From the IMG/VR virus record IMGVR_UViG_3300010383_000012: a stretch of 61,308 nucleotides of DNA. One strand, written 5' to 3'. The position numbers and the translations under genes are program-made. The stretch is from a virus. The first letter of the stretch is position 1. Every line of letters begins with the position of its first letter. The notes under the pieces were generated by a model. It did no database searches, was not told where the DNA came from, and saw only the letters and a program-made list of their open reading frames with translations. This document shows, piece after piece, positions 32,253-40,230 of this stretch.

Positions 32253-33308
32253 ATGACCATCATTGCACGCGCGGCCGACGCTTCGTCGGATGTCGCGCTG
32301 ATTGCGCTCGGTAACACGCTGGGCGCGCAGGGCACCTCGCCGGCGGCTCTTTCGGCAGCGGCCGACTACAGCGGCCCCGGCGCGCTGGAAGTGCCGGTGT
32401 TCGAACGCGAGATCGTTGACCTGATCCGTCGTAACTCGGTTGCGCTCGAGCGCACGCCGCATGTTCCCGCGACCGGTCACCCGCACCGCTACTTCGAACA
32501 GATCGCGATCGCGACCGCCACCTCGAACGATCCGCGCAACCTCGCGGCGACGGCCTCGGGCCCGACCCGCGTCGAGCGCGCCGCGTTCATCAAGGCCAGC
32601 GTCGCGCAATCGAACCTGTCGCTGTTCGACCGCGATGTGACCGAGCAGCAGGGCCAGTTCGCGTCGCTGCAGGCGAAGGACGTCGAAGACATCATCACGG
32701 CGATCATCGTGCTGCGCGCACACATGTTCTGGAACGGCACGGATACGTCGTTGCTCGTGCCGACGACGCTCCAATGGGTCGGCGCGCTCGAGCAGATCAC
32801 GCAGCAGGCAACGATCCCCAACGGCTCGTCGATCATCGACGGCCTGAAGACGATGGTCGCCGCCATGATGGCGAACCAGACGTTCAAGCCGAAGCCCACC
32901 GCGATCTACCTGAACCCGCTGCTGATCGACAAGATCGAGAAGGAAGCGAAGGCTTCGCACATCGAACTGAAGACGAAGGACGTCACAGTCGGCGTGTCGG
33001 TGAAGTACCTCGCCACCCAGGCGGGCGACCTGCCGCTGATTCCGGATCCGTACGTGCCGACGGACTCCACCGGTCAGTATGGCTTCGCCAACCCGGGCAG
33101 CGGCCTGTTCAACTACTACGCCGCCATCGTGACCGAGCCGATGATCGAGATTGCGTACATCGGCAAGGGCACCGACGGCAAGCCGCGCATCTTCCAGCTC
33201 GGCCTGACGGGCAACCTCGCTGGCCAGTTCGTCGGCGTCCAGTTCGACGCGCTGATCGTGAAGGGCTACAGCTACGCGCACGCTGTCGTGGCGGTGGTGA
33301 GCAACTAA
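32253..33308 (+). CDS. Major capsid protein
   Basis: 351 aa. Called from its position after the scaffold/protease gene and the strong terminator downstream. Confidence 0.7.
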   Translation: MTIIARAADASSDVALIALGNTLGAQGTSPAALSAAADYSGPGALEVPVFEREIVDLIRRNSVALERTPHVPATGHPHRYFEQIAIATATSNDPRNLAATASGPTRVERAAFIKASVAQSNLSLFDRDVTEQQGQFASLQAKDVEDIITAIIVLRAHMFWNGTDTSLLVPTTLQWVGALEQITQQATIPNGSSIIDGLKTMVAAMMANQTFKPKPTAIYLNPLLIDKIEKEAKASHIELKTKDVTVGVSVKYLATQAGDLPLIPDPYVPTDSTGQYGFANPGSGLFNYYAAIVTEPMIEIAYIGKGTDGKPRIFQLGLTGNLAGQFVGVQFDALIVKGYSYAHAVVAVVSN

Positions 33309-33350
33309 GCTCGTCGCCGAAGCTGTCCAGCGCCGCATAGCGGCATCGAG

Positions 33351-33379
33351 GGGCACCGGTTAGCGCCGGTGCCCTTTTT
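33351..33379 (+). terminator. Intrinsic terminator after the capsid gene
   Basis: GGGCACCGG-loop-CCGGTGCCC followed by TTTTT. Confidence 0.8.
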
Positions 33380-33403
33380 CATTCACGCAACCAAAGGAAA
33401 GGC

Positions 33404-33688
33404 ATGCACCTGTATCTGACAACCGGCAAGCGCGACCATCTGATCATCGTGCAGCCTGGGAAGGAATTCCCGACGTCCGACTTCTGCGGTCCGGACGGCA
33501 CGCCGATCACGTTCAAGGTCGAGTTCGTCGACGGCAAAGCGTCGAACGTGCGCAATGACCTCGCGCAGTATCTGCTCGACAAGGGCGTCGCGCAGCGCTC
33601 GCCGATCATGACCGACCTCGCGATGGCGAAACGTCTGGAAGTGCAGGACGAGCGCGTACGCACCCACCGGATCCTGACCTCCACATGA
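33404..33688 (+). CDS. Hypothetical virion-module protein
   Basis: 94-aa ORF with an AAAGGAAAGG RBS. Confidence 0.5.
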   Translation: MHLYLTTGKRDHLIIVQPGKEFPTSDFCGPDGTPITFKVEFVDGKASNVRNDLAQYLLDKGVAQRSPIMTDLAMAKRLEVQDERVRTHRILTST

Positions 33689-34080
33689 CCTTCCGCAAAG
33701 ACAACTCCGGCGCCGGCGGCGAACTGGGCCCCTCGTTGCAGGTGCCATTGAGCGCCGCGCAGCTCGGCCTGAATGCTCAGATTCCGGCCAGCGGCCAGTT
33801 GCAGTCGTCGATCCTGCAGTCGAACGGCTGGAAGTACTTCGCGCTCGGCCTCACGTCGACTCAGGCTGGCGCGATCAGCATCCAGCGCTTCCTCGACGCG
33901 GCGGGCACAGTGCCCATCGGCGCGCCGGTCACTGCGACGCTTGCGGCTGCGACCGCACAGAGCGCATCGATCGGCACGGCCGACACGCTGCCGTTCATGT
34001 CGTACCAGGTCACCGTGACCAACACCGGCGGCGCTGCCGCTACGCTGTCCAACGTCGCAGGCTTGCTCCAAGCGAACTGA
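33685..34080 (+). CDS. Hypothetical virion-module protein
   Basis: 131-aa ORF with an ATGA overlap. Confidence 0.5.
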   Translation: MTFRKDNSGAGGELGPSLQVPLSAAQLGLNAQIPASGQLQSSILQSNGWKYFALGLTSTQAGAISIQRFLDAAGTVPIGAPVTATLAAATAQSASIGTADTLPFMSYQVTVTNTGGAAATLSNVAGLLQAN

Positions 34081-34081
34081 T

Positions 34082-34984
34082 ATGCCCTCTTCCTACCTGA
34101 CCACCGGCGATTACGCGACTTACGGGTTGCCGAGCACGACGACGGCGGCTCAGGTTGCGGCGGCATCGACGCTGATCGACATGTACCTGAAGCGCCCCGA
34201 GGGACTCGTCTGGGTGCCGGACGGTACCGGCGCGCCCGGCTGGATGGCCGCGCTCTCGCCGACGCAGACGTTCGGCTCGTCCGCGATTGCGGCCGGCAAG
34301 AACGTCACGGTGCCGTTGACCGGCGGCGTTGCGTCGCTGCTCGTCGGTGATGTGCTGATCCTTGATCGCGGCAGTGACCAGATCGCGGAGCCGGTCGCGG
34401 TCGTGTCGATCACGGGCCAGAACGTGATGCTGCAAGAGGTCGTGTTCGACCATCCGGGGCCGTGCACGCTCGACAAGGGCATGACGATCAAGCAGCACAA
34501 GTTCATGCCTGACGGCCGGCCGGTGACAAACCTCGCCTTCACGCCGGTCGCGCGCCTGCTCGCAGGGCAAGGCCGTTATGGCTACGGTCGCCGCGGCGCG
34601 TCGTCGCGCTATCAGGTGGACGAGTTCAACCTGCTGGCCTCGCTGTCGCATTTCGGTGGGCCGCCGGTCTGGGAATTCTTCCCCATCATCAACACCGGTG
34701 TGGACTTCGAAACCGGCATGGTCTGGGTGCCCGCCGGCGTGATGCTCGCCTACTACAGTGAGATCAACCTATGGTACGTGGCGGGCTTTCCCGCATCCGG
34801 TCTCCCGTCTTCGATCAAAGCCGCGTGCGCGAACCTGATCATGGCGCAAAGCGCTATTCCGCAAATCGGCGCGACGAAGTCCTATCGCGCCGGTGATACC
34901 GCAATTGAGCGCTTCGCATCGACGGTTATCGACGACGACACGAAGGCGCTGCTCGCGCCATTCCGCGCAAAGCTGTTCGTATGA
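34082..34984 (+). CDS. Hypothetical head-completion/connector-region protein
   Basis: 300-aa ORF between the capsid and tail genes. Confidence 0.5.
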   Translation: MPSSYLTTGDYATYGLPSTTTAAQVAAASTLIDMYLKRPEGLVWVPDGTGAPGWMAALSPTQTFGSSAIAAGKNVTVPLTGGVASLLVGDVLILDRGSDQIAEPVAVVSITGQNVMLQEVVFDHPGPCTLDKGMTIKQHKFMPDGRPVTNLAFTPVARLLAGQGRYGYGRRGASSRYQVDEFNLLASLSHFGGPPVWEFFPIINTGVDFETGMVWVPAGVMLAYYSEINLWYVAGFPASGLPSSIKAACANLIMAQSAIPQIGATKSYRAGDTAIERFASTVIDDDTKALLAPFRAKLFV

Positions 34985-35334
34985 GCTTCATCTATCCACG
35001 CACAGTCTCGATCTCGCGACAGCCCGTTCAGACGGGCGGCGGTCTGAAGCCATACGGCGGCATCGACCCAACGGCGGAGACGGTCCTGTTCTCCGATCTG
35101 CCTGCGTCGATCCAGCAGAAGAGCACTGGCGCCCGGCCTGATCCGCACCTGCCGGCCGACGCTGCGAATCGCTCGCTGTGGCGCGTGTTCATGCCTCGCT
35201 CGGTGAATCTGCCGCCCGAGTCGGTGCTCCGCGGCGACATCATCACCGATGAGACCGGGCAACGCTACATGGTGTCGGCGCCGTACATCAACTCGCTGGG
35301 GCCCAACTTCCTTGTCGAACGTCTGGAGGCGTGA
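34981..35334 (+). CDS. Hypothetical head-tail joining protein
   Basis: 117 aa with overlapping starts and stops. Confidence 0.45.
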   Translation: MSFIYPRTVSISRQPVQTGGGLKPYGGIDPTAETVLFSDLPASIQQKSTGARPDPHLPADAANRSLWRVFMPRSVNLPPESVLRGDIITDETGQRYMVSAPYINSLGPNFLVERLEA

Positions 35335-36176
35335 TGGCTGACGTTCAAGACGTATTGGATACGGTCGCCGCGCAGATCACCGGCTTCGTCTATCCGAATG
35401 GCACCGGCAACGCTTCGGTGACTGGGAAGAACATCAACGTCTTTCCCGGCTGGCCGTTGCCCAAACAGATCGACAACGACATGCCGCAGGGCATAGCGGA
35501 CGTCAGCGTCTACGCGACCCCTACAGAGAGGAACACGACGCGCTATAGGCCGCAGCAGAAGGTCATGTCGATCGCGGCGGCCACGATCACCCTGGCCGAC
35601 GGACAGGGAACGCTCACGGTGGGCGGCGCGATGCCCTCTCCTTTCACGCCGCACAACGTCGCGGCGCTGATCGGCAATCAGGCGTTCATCTATCCGGTGC
35701 AGGCGAGCGACACGCTGACCTCGATCGCGACCGGCCTCACCAGTCTGATCGCGGCGAAGTATCCCGGCACGACGAATAGCGGCCCGCTGATCACGCTGCC
35801 GCCCGGAGTTCAGGCGCGCGCCGCGCGTGTGGGCACAACCGGCGTTGTCACGACCGAATGGGAACGGCAGGCGCAGATTTTCCAGTTCACGGTCTGGGCG
35901 CCAGATCCCGCGACTCGGAAGGCAATCGGCAACGCGATCAAGGTCGCGCTGTCGCAGATCGCGTTCATCACGATGCCCGATGGCTACGGCGCACGCATCC
36001 GCTATCACCGCGGCGCGATCACCGACGAGTCGGAGAAGGTGCGCGTCTACCGTCGCGACCTGTACTACGAAATCGAGTTCGCGACGACCGTCACGAAGCA
36101 GATCGCCACGGTCGTGGCAACGGAAGTCGAGTTCGAAACACAGGACGGCGTGCCGATCCTCACCCGCACTTACTAG
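35331..36176 (+). CDS. Hypothetical tail-completion-region protein
   Basis: 281-aa ORF upstream of the sheath gene. Confidence 0.45.
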   Translation: MMADVQDVLDTVAAQITGFVYPNGTGNASVTGKNINVFPGWPLPKQIDNDMPQGIADVSVYATPTERNTTRYRPQQKVMSIAAATITLADGQGTLTVGGAMPSPFTPHNVAALIGNQAFIYPVQASDTLTSIATGLTSLIAAKYPGTTNSGPLITLPPGVQARAARVGTTGVVTTEWERQAQIFQFTVWAPDPATRKAIGNAIKVALSQIAFITMPDGYGARIRYHRGAITDESEKVRVYRRDLYYEIEFATTVTKQIATVVATEVEFETQDGVPILTRTY

Positions 36177-36184
36177 GAGCCGAC

Positions 36185-36364
36185 ATGGCAACGAAAGAAC
36201 AGACGGAAGAGCAGGCAGCAAAGCCTGTCGCTGATCGCACGCTCGTCGTGGTGCACGCGTTCGGCGATTACCGCCGCGGCGACAGCATCACCGATGCCGT
36301 CGAAGTGGCAAACATTCTCGGCAGCGAGAACGCGCACCACTGCCGCAAGGTAATTCCGCAGTAA
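36185..36364 (+). CDS. Hypothetical small protein (59 aa)
   Basis: ATG at 36185 with GGAG upstream. Confidence 0.4.
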   Translation: MATKEQTEEQAAKPVADRTLVVVHAFGDYRRGDSITDAVEVANILGSENAHHCRKVIPQ

Positions 36365-36385
36365 TCCACCTCACACCGCGCAGCA

Positions 36386-36408
36386 AGCCGCCTTCGGGCG
36401 GCTTCTTG
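36386..36408 (+). terminator. Terminator-like hairpin before the sheath gene
   Basis: AGCCGCC-TTCG-GGCGGCT followed by TCTT. Confidence 0.5.
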
Positions 36409-36425
36409 CATTCTGGAGCCGCTAC

Positions 36426-38417
36426 ATGGGCACGATGATTTACCAGTATGGCCAGCTAAATACGGCTGGTGCGATGGCGCCCGGCGCCTACGTGCAGATC
36501 GTCAAACCGCCGCCCGTCGTCGCCGGCGTCGCGACCAATGGCTACGGCCTGGTTGGTGTCGCATCGTGGGGGCCGGTCAACAGCCCGCTGATTACCGGTT
36601 CGCCGCAGGCAAACCAGGCCAACTGGGGCCCGGTCACGAACCGCATGCGCGACCTCGCAACCGCGATCGCTATCGCGTTCATGCTCGGCCAGTACAACAA
36701 CGTGGCGGTGCGTGTCACGGACGGCACCGACACGGCCGCTACTGGCGCGCTGAAGGATGGCGCGAACGCGACCGGCGCGACGCTGACCGGTTACTACACG
36801 GGCTCGCTGGGCAATAGCCTTGTCGCGACGACGTCCAATGGCACGAAGCCGAACAGCTACAAGCTGACACTTGCGCTGCCGGGCTTCCAGCCCGAAGTCT
36901 TCGACAACCTCACGCAGGGCGTGAGCAGCGCGACCGTCACGCCGGGCACCGGCTACACGTCCGTCCCGAACCTCGCTATCTCTGCGCCGCAAGGCGCGAA
37001 CGGCGTGCAGGCGGCGGCGAACGCCTCACTCAAAGTCGTATCGGCAAACGTGACGGGCGGCGGCGCAAGCGGCGGCAGCGGCTACGTCACGAACGACACG
37101 ATCACGCTGGCGAATGGCGTCGTGCTCACTGTCACAGCGGCGTCCGGCGCGATCACCTCGCTCGCGGTCGCGAATGCTGGCTCACTCTCGGGCGGTCCGA
37201 TTCCCACGAACCCGGTGGCGCCGCAGTCGACGTCGGGCTCGGGCACCGGCGCGCTGGTGAATCTCGTGTGGGGGCTCGGCGCGGTCACGATCACCAACCC
37301 GGGCAGCGGATACACGAGCGCGACCGCGACGCTGTCGGGCGGCGGCGCTGGCACTGGCGGATCCGTCACGCTTGCGACCAGCGTCTGGCTGAACTTGGTG
37401 AACGCGATCAATCTGGGGCAGTCGGGCGTACGCGGCCCGTCGCAGCTCGCGATCGCGACCATCGGCACATCGGCGGCCGTACCAGCGCTGACTTCGGTCA
37501 CGCTTTCGGGTGGTACCGACGGCGCGGCCGGCGTCACGGACGCAACGCAGATCGGTGCGAACACGACCCCACCGAGCGGCATGTACGCGCTGCAGAGTTC
37601 CGGCGTGCAAACGATGAACCTCGTTGACCACTCGACGTCGTCGCAGTGGAGCTCGATGGGCCTGTTCGGCCAGCAGTTCGGCATCTTCGGCGCGGCGCAG
37701 GGGCAACCGGGCCAGTCGATCGCGACTGTCTCGACGAACCTGAACACCGCGGGCGCCGACACGTACGGTCTCAAGTGCCTTGTCGGTGACTGGGTGTACT
37801 GGCAGGACAACATCAACAACGTGCAGCGCATGCTCGGCCCGGCAACGATCTGGGGGCCGATGCGCGCGAATCTCGCGCCGAACCAATCGACACTCAACAA
37901 GCCGGTTCAGGGCATCGTCGGTACGCAGCGCTCGATTCAGCAGGTGCAGTACTCCGGTCCCGAAACATTGGCTGCCGTGCAGGCTCGCCTGGACTTCCTC
38001 GCGAATCCGTCGCCGGGCGGCAACTACTTCTCGTTCCAGACGGACCGCAACACGTCGAGCGACGCGTCGACGAACAGCGAGTCGTACACCACGATGACGA
38101 ACTTCCTCGCGCTGACGCTCGCGGCGAACTTCGGCTATGTGGTGGGCAACCCGCAGACCGATGACCTGCGCACCGAAGTACGCGACGCGATCTCGGCGTT
38201 CCTCTCCGGCCTGTGGTTGACCAGCAAGTACATCGGGGACGTCAACAATCCGACGAAGCAGCCGTACAAGGTCACGCTGGACGCATCGAACAACCCCGAC
38301 AACAACGTCTCGCTGGGCCTCATGCAGTGCCTGGTGCAGGTCAAGTTCCAGTCGATCGTTCGTGAGTTCCTGATCTCACTGCAGGGCGGCTCGACGGTCA
38401 GCGTGTCGGTCAGCTAA
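36426..38417 (+). CDS. Tail sheath protein (with an inserted repeat domain)
   Basis: 663 aa. N-terminus PGAYVQIV...GLVGVASWGP is sheath-like. It is followed by the tube gene. The insertion carries three G(T/S)GY(T/V) repeats. Confidence 0.8.
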   Translation: MGTMIYQYGQLNTAGAMAPGAYVQIVKPPPVVAGVATNGYGLVGVASWGPVNSPLITGSPQANQANWGPVTNRMRDLATAIAIAFMLGQYNNVAVRVTDGTDTAATGALKDGANATGATLTGYYTGSLGNSLVATTSNGTKPNSYKLTLALPGFQPEVFDNLTQGVSSATVTPGTGYTSVPNLAISAPQGANGVQAAANASLKVVSANVTGGGASGGSGYVTNDTITLANGVVLTVTAASGAITSLAVANAGSLSGGPIPTNPVAPQSTSGSGTGALVNLVWGLGAVTITNPGSGYTSATATLSGGGAGTGGSVTLATSVWLNLVNAINLGQSGVRGPSQLAIATIGTSAAVPALTSVTLSGGTDGAAGVTDATQIGANTTPPSGMYALQSSGVQTMNLVDHSTSSQWSSMGLFGQQFGIFGAAQGQPGQSIATVSTNLNTAGADTYGLKCLVGDWVYWQDNINNVQRMLGPATIWGPMRANLAPNQSTLNKPVQGIVGTQRSIQQVQYSGPETLAAVQARLDFLANPSPGGNYFSFQTDRNTSSDASTNSESYTTMTNFLALTLAANFGYVVGNPQTDDLRTEVRDAISAFLSGLWLTSKYIGDVNNPTKQPYKVTLDASNNPDNNVSLGLMQCLVQVKFQSIVREFLISLQGGSTVSVSVS

Positions 38418-38439
38418 GCCTTATCAATCCAGCCTTTCC

Positions 38440-38466
38440 GCCCGCCTCGCGCGGGCTTTTCCTTTT
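38440..38466 (+). terminator. Intrinsic terminator-like hairpin after the sheath gene
   Basis: GCCCGC-CTCGC-GCGGGC followed by TTTTCCTTTT. Confidence 0.65.
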
Positions 38467-38478
38467 CGGGAGCCGCAC

Positions 38479-38919
38479 ATGGCGGGCGAAAATACTTTCA
38501 ATATTGGCCGCGACGGCGCGCAGGTCACGATCATCGACTCGAACGTCGGGCCGGTCACGATTAGCAACATCGTTTCTTTCGAGTCGAAGCCCGGAATGCT
38601 CAAGCTCAAGAGCAATCCTCTCAATGGCCGCATTCTTCGTCGCGCGATCTATGACGGCCATTCGGGCACCTTCGAGGTGGATCGTCAGGATTCGTCTTAC
38701 GACGATTACTTCGCTGACGCCGAGGCCGCCTACTTCGAAGGCTTGCCGCCCGGTCAAATCTTCATTACGCAGACCGTCAAAGAGCTCGACGGCTCAGTCT
38801 CGCAATGGCAATACAGCGACGTCGCGCTCTATCCCGAAGACAGCGGCACCTGGCGTGCGCAAGAAAAGGTCGTTGTGAAGTTCTCGTTCGAAGCGGGTCG
38901 AAAGATCCGCATTGCCTAA
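38479..38919 (+). CDS. Tail tube protein
   Basis: 146 aa, directly after the sheath gene. Confidence 0.6.
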   Translation: MAGENTFNIGRDGAQVTIIDSNVGPVTISNIVSFESKPGMLKLKSNPLNGRILRRAIYDGHSGTFEVDRQDSSYDDYFADAEAAYFEGLPPGQIFITQTVKELDGSVSQWQYSDVALYPEDSGTWRAQEKVVVKFSFEAGRKIRIA

Positions 38920-38931
38920 AGGAAGGTTTTC

Positions 38932-39312
38932 ATGAGCAAAGTGACGGTCAACCCCGGTGGCGCCGCGATGGCTCCGTCGTCTCAAGTGGTCGCTCATGCG
39001 GCATCCGAGGTGCAGGTCACCGACGCCCGCGGCCGCACGATCACGATGCGCAAGCCCAATCCAATCACGCGTCTGCGCTTCATCGAAGCGATGGGTGAGT
39101 CGTCCACCAATCGTCTGTGGGTGAGCAACGTATGGGCCCTCATGTTCGTCGCCGCCATCGACGGTAGTCCGGTACCGGCGCCGTCGAACAAGAACCAGAT
39201 CGAGGCACTGTACCAGCGGCTGGACGACGACGGCATCGTCTCGGTGTCCGAGGCTTTCGAACAGCACTTCACCGAGAAGACGGAGGTCGATGAGGACCTC
39301 GCAAAAAAATAG
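38932..39312 (+). CDS. Tail assembly chaperone (short, zero-frame form)
   Basis: 126 aa, between the tube and tape-measure genes. It ends in the slippery run GCA AAA AAA TAG. Confidence 0.65.
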   Translation: MSKVTVNPGGAAMAPSSQVVAHAASEVQVTDARGRTITMRKPNPITRLRFIEAMGESSTNRLWVSNVWALMFVAAIDGSPVPAPSNKNQIEALYQRLDDDGIVSVSEAFEQHFTEKTEVDEDLAKK

Positions 39313-39485
39313 TCGCTGACCCCGCGACGCGCCAGTCTCTGTGGTTGGTGCGTCACGGCGTGCCCTTCGATGTGGCGTTCGAGATCGACGGCACGACGCG
39401 AACTGCGTGGTCAATCATCTGCTCCGAGCAGACGAGCAACAAGCGCTACAACTTCGCAACCAGAACGTTCGAGAGTGACGAATGA
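39303..39485 (+). CDS. -1 frameshift extension of the tail assembly chaperone (G/GT-type long form)
   Basis: The A7 heptamer lies at 39303-39309. The -1 frame stays open for 58 codons (..KKIVADPATRQSLWLVRHGVPFDVAFEIDGTTRTAWSIICSEQ...) and stops at TGA 39483-39485, overlapping the next ATG. Confidence 0.6.
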   Translation, partial: KKIVADPATRQSLWLVRHGVPFDVAFEIDGTTRTAWSIICSEQTSNKRYNFATRTFESDE

Positions 39486-39958
39486 AGGAATTCAAAAGCT
39501 TTGGAGCCTTCGCCGCACATCTCGAGCGGCTCGCGCTTGAGTCTCCGGAGGTGAAGCATCACGCCGTTGACCGTGCGGCAGAAGAGATCCAGAAAACCGC
39601 GCAGGGCTTGATCGGCGAGTACCAAGGCGGAGTTGGCCCTTATGCCGCCTGGGAAGAGCTCGCGGAATCGACGCAGGCGGAGCGGTCCCGGCTCGGCTAT
39701 TCGGAGAACGACCCGGGCTATCGCGATGGCACCATGCAGCGATCCGTCAAGCGAACGGCGAACGGTGAAGAGGCAGCCGTCGGCTCCAACGATCAAAACC
39801 TCGTCTGGTTCGACCTTGGCACCAGCAAGCAGCCGCCGCGCCCGGTGCTCGGACCGGCCGCTATCCACAGCCGGCCCCGCGTGCAGAGGATCCTCGGAAT
39901 GACGGTTTTCGCGTGGCTCGCGTCGCGCGGCTGGCGGCGCCCCCGGATCAGCGCCTGA
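39482..39958 (+). CDS. HK97 gp10-like tail/neck component
   Basis: MKEFKSFGAFAAHLERLALE...GTSKQPPRPVLGPA resembles the gp10 family. 158 aa. Confidence 0.5.
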   Translation: MKEFKSFGAFAAHLERLALESPEVKHHAVDRAAEEIQKTAQGLIGEYQGGVGPYAAWEELAESTQAERSRLGYSENDPGYRDGTMQRSVKRTANGEEAAVGSNDQNLVWFDLGTSKQPPRPVLGPAAIHSRPRVQRILGMTVFAWLASRGWRRPRISA

Positions 39959-40193
39959 AGTACGCGAACAGAAAGATGACGCTCGCGATCGCGAGAAAGA
40001 CGCCGATGTAAGGAACGAACAGCATTGCCGTCGGCATGCAAATGGCCACGGCCTTGTTCATCGGCGGCCTGGTGGCCCATCGCGCGCGCCAGCCGTGGAG
40101 ATGCCCGCTCAGGCTCGTCACTCGCGGCTTTGGGTATTGAATCCACGAAAAGCGGTCGGCCAGCCATTCATGGGCGCGAAAAATGACGTCCAT
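39948..40193 (-). CDS. Antisense small membrane protein inside the tail operon (possible moron)
   Basis: 81 aa. It occupies the 270-nt plus-strand gap before the tape-measure gene. The C-terminal TM segment is MLFVPYIGVFLAIASVIFLFAYF. Confidence 0.4.
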   Translation of the reverse strand: MDVIFRAHEWLADRFSWIQYPKPRVTSLSGHLHGWRARWATRPPMNKAVAICMPTAMLFVPYIGVFLAIASVIFLFAYFRR

Positions 40194-40230
40194 ATCCCCT
40201 CCAACGGTAAGTGCTTGAGTGTAATCCAGA

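Noticed and set aside
32151-33356. 401-aa minus-strand ORF
   Set aside because: It lies antisense to the major capsid gene and is a shadow ORF.
35265-36221. 318-aa minus-strand ORF
   Set aside because: It lies antisense to a late structural gene and is a shadow ORF.
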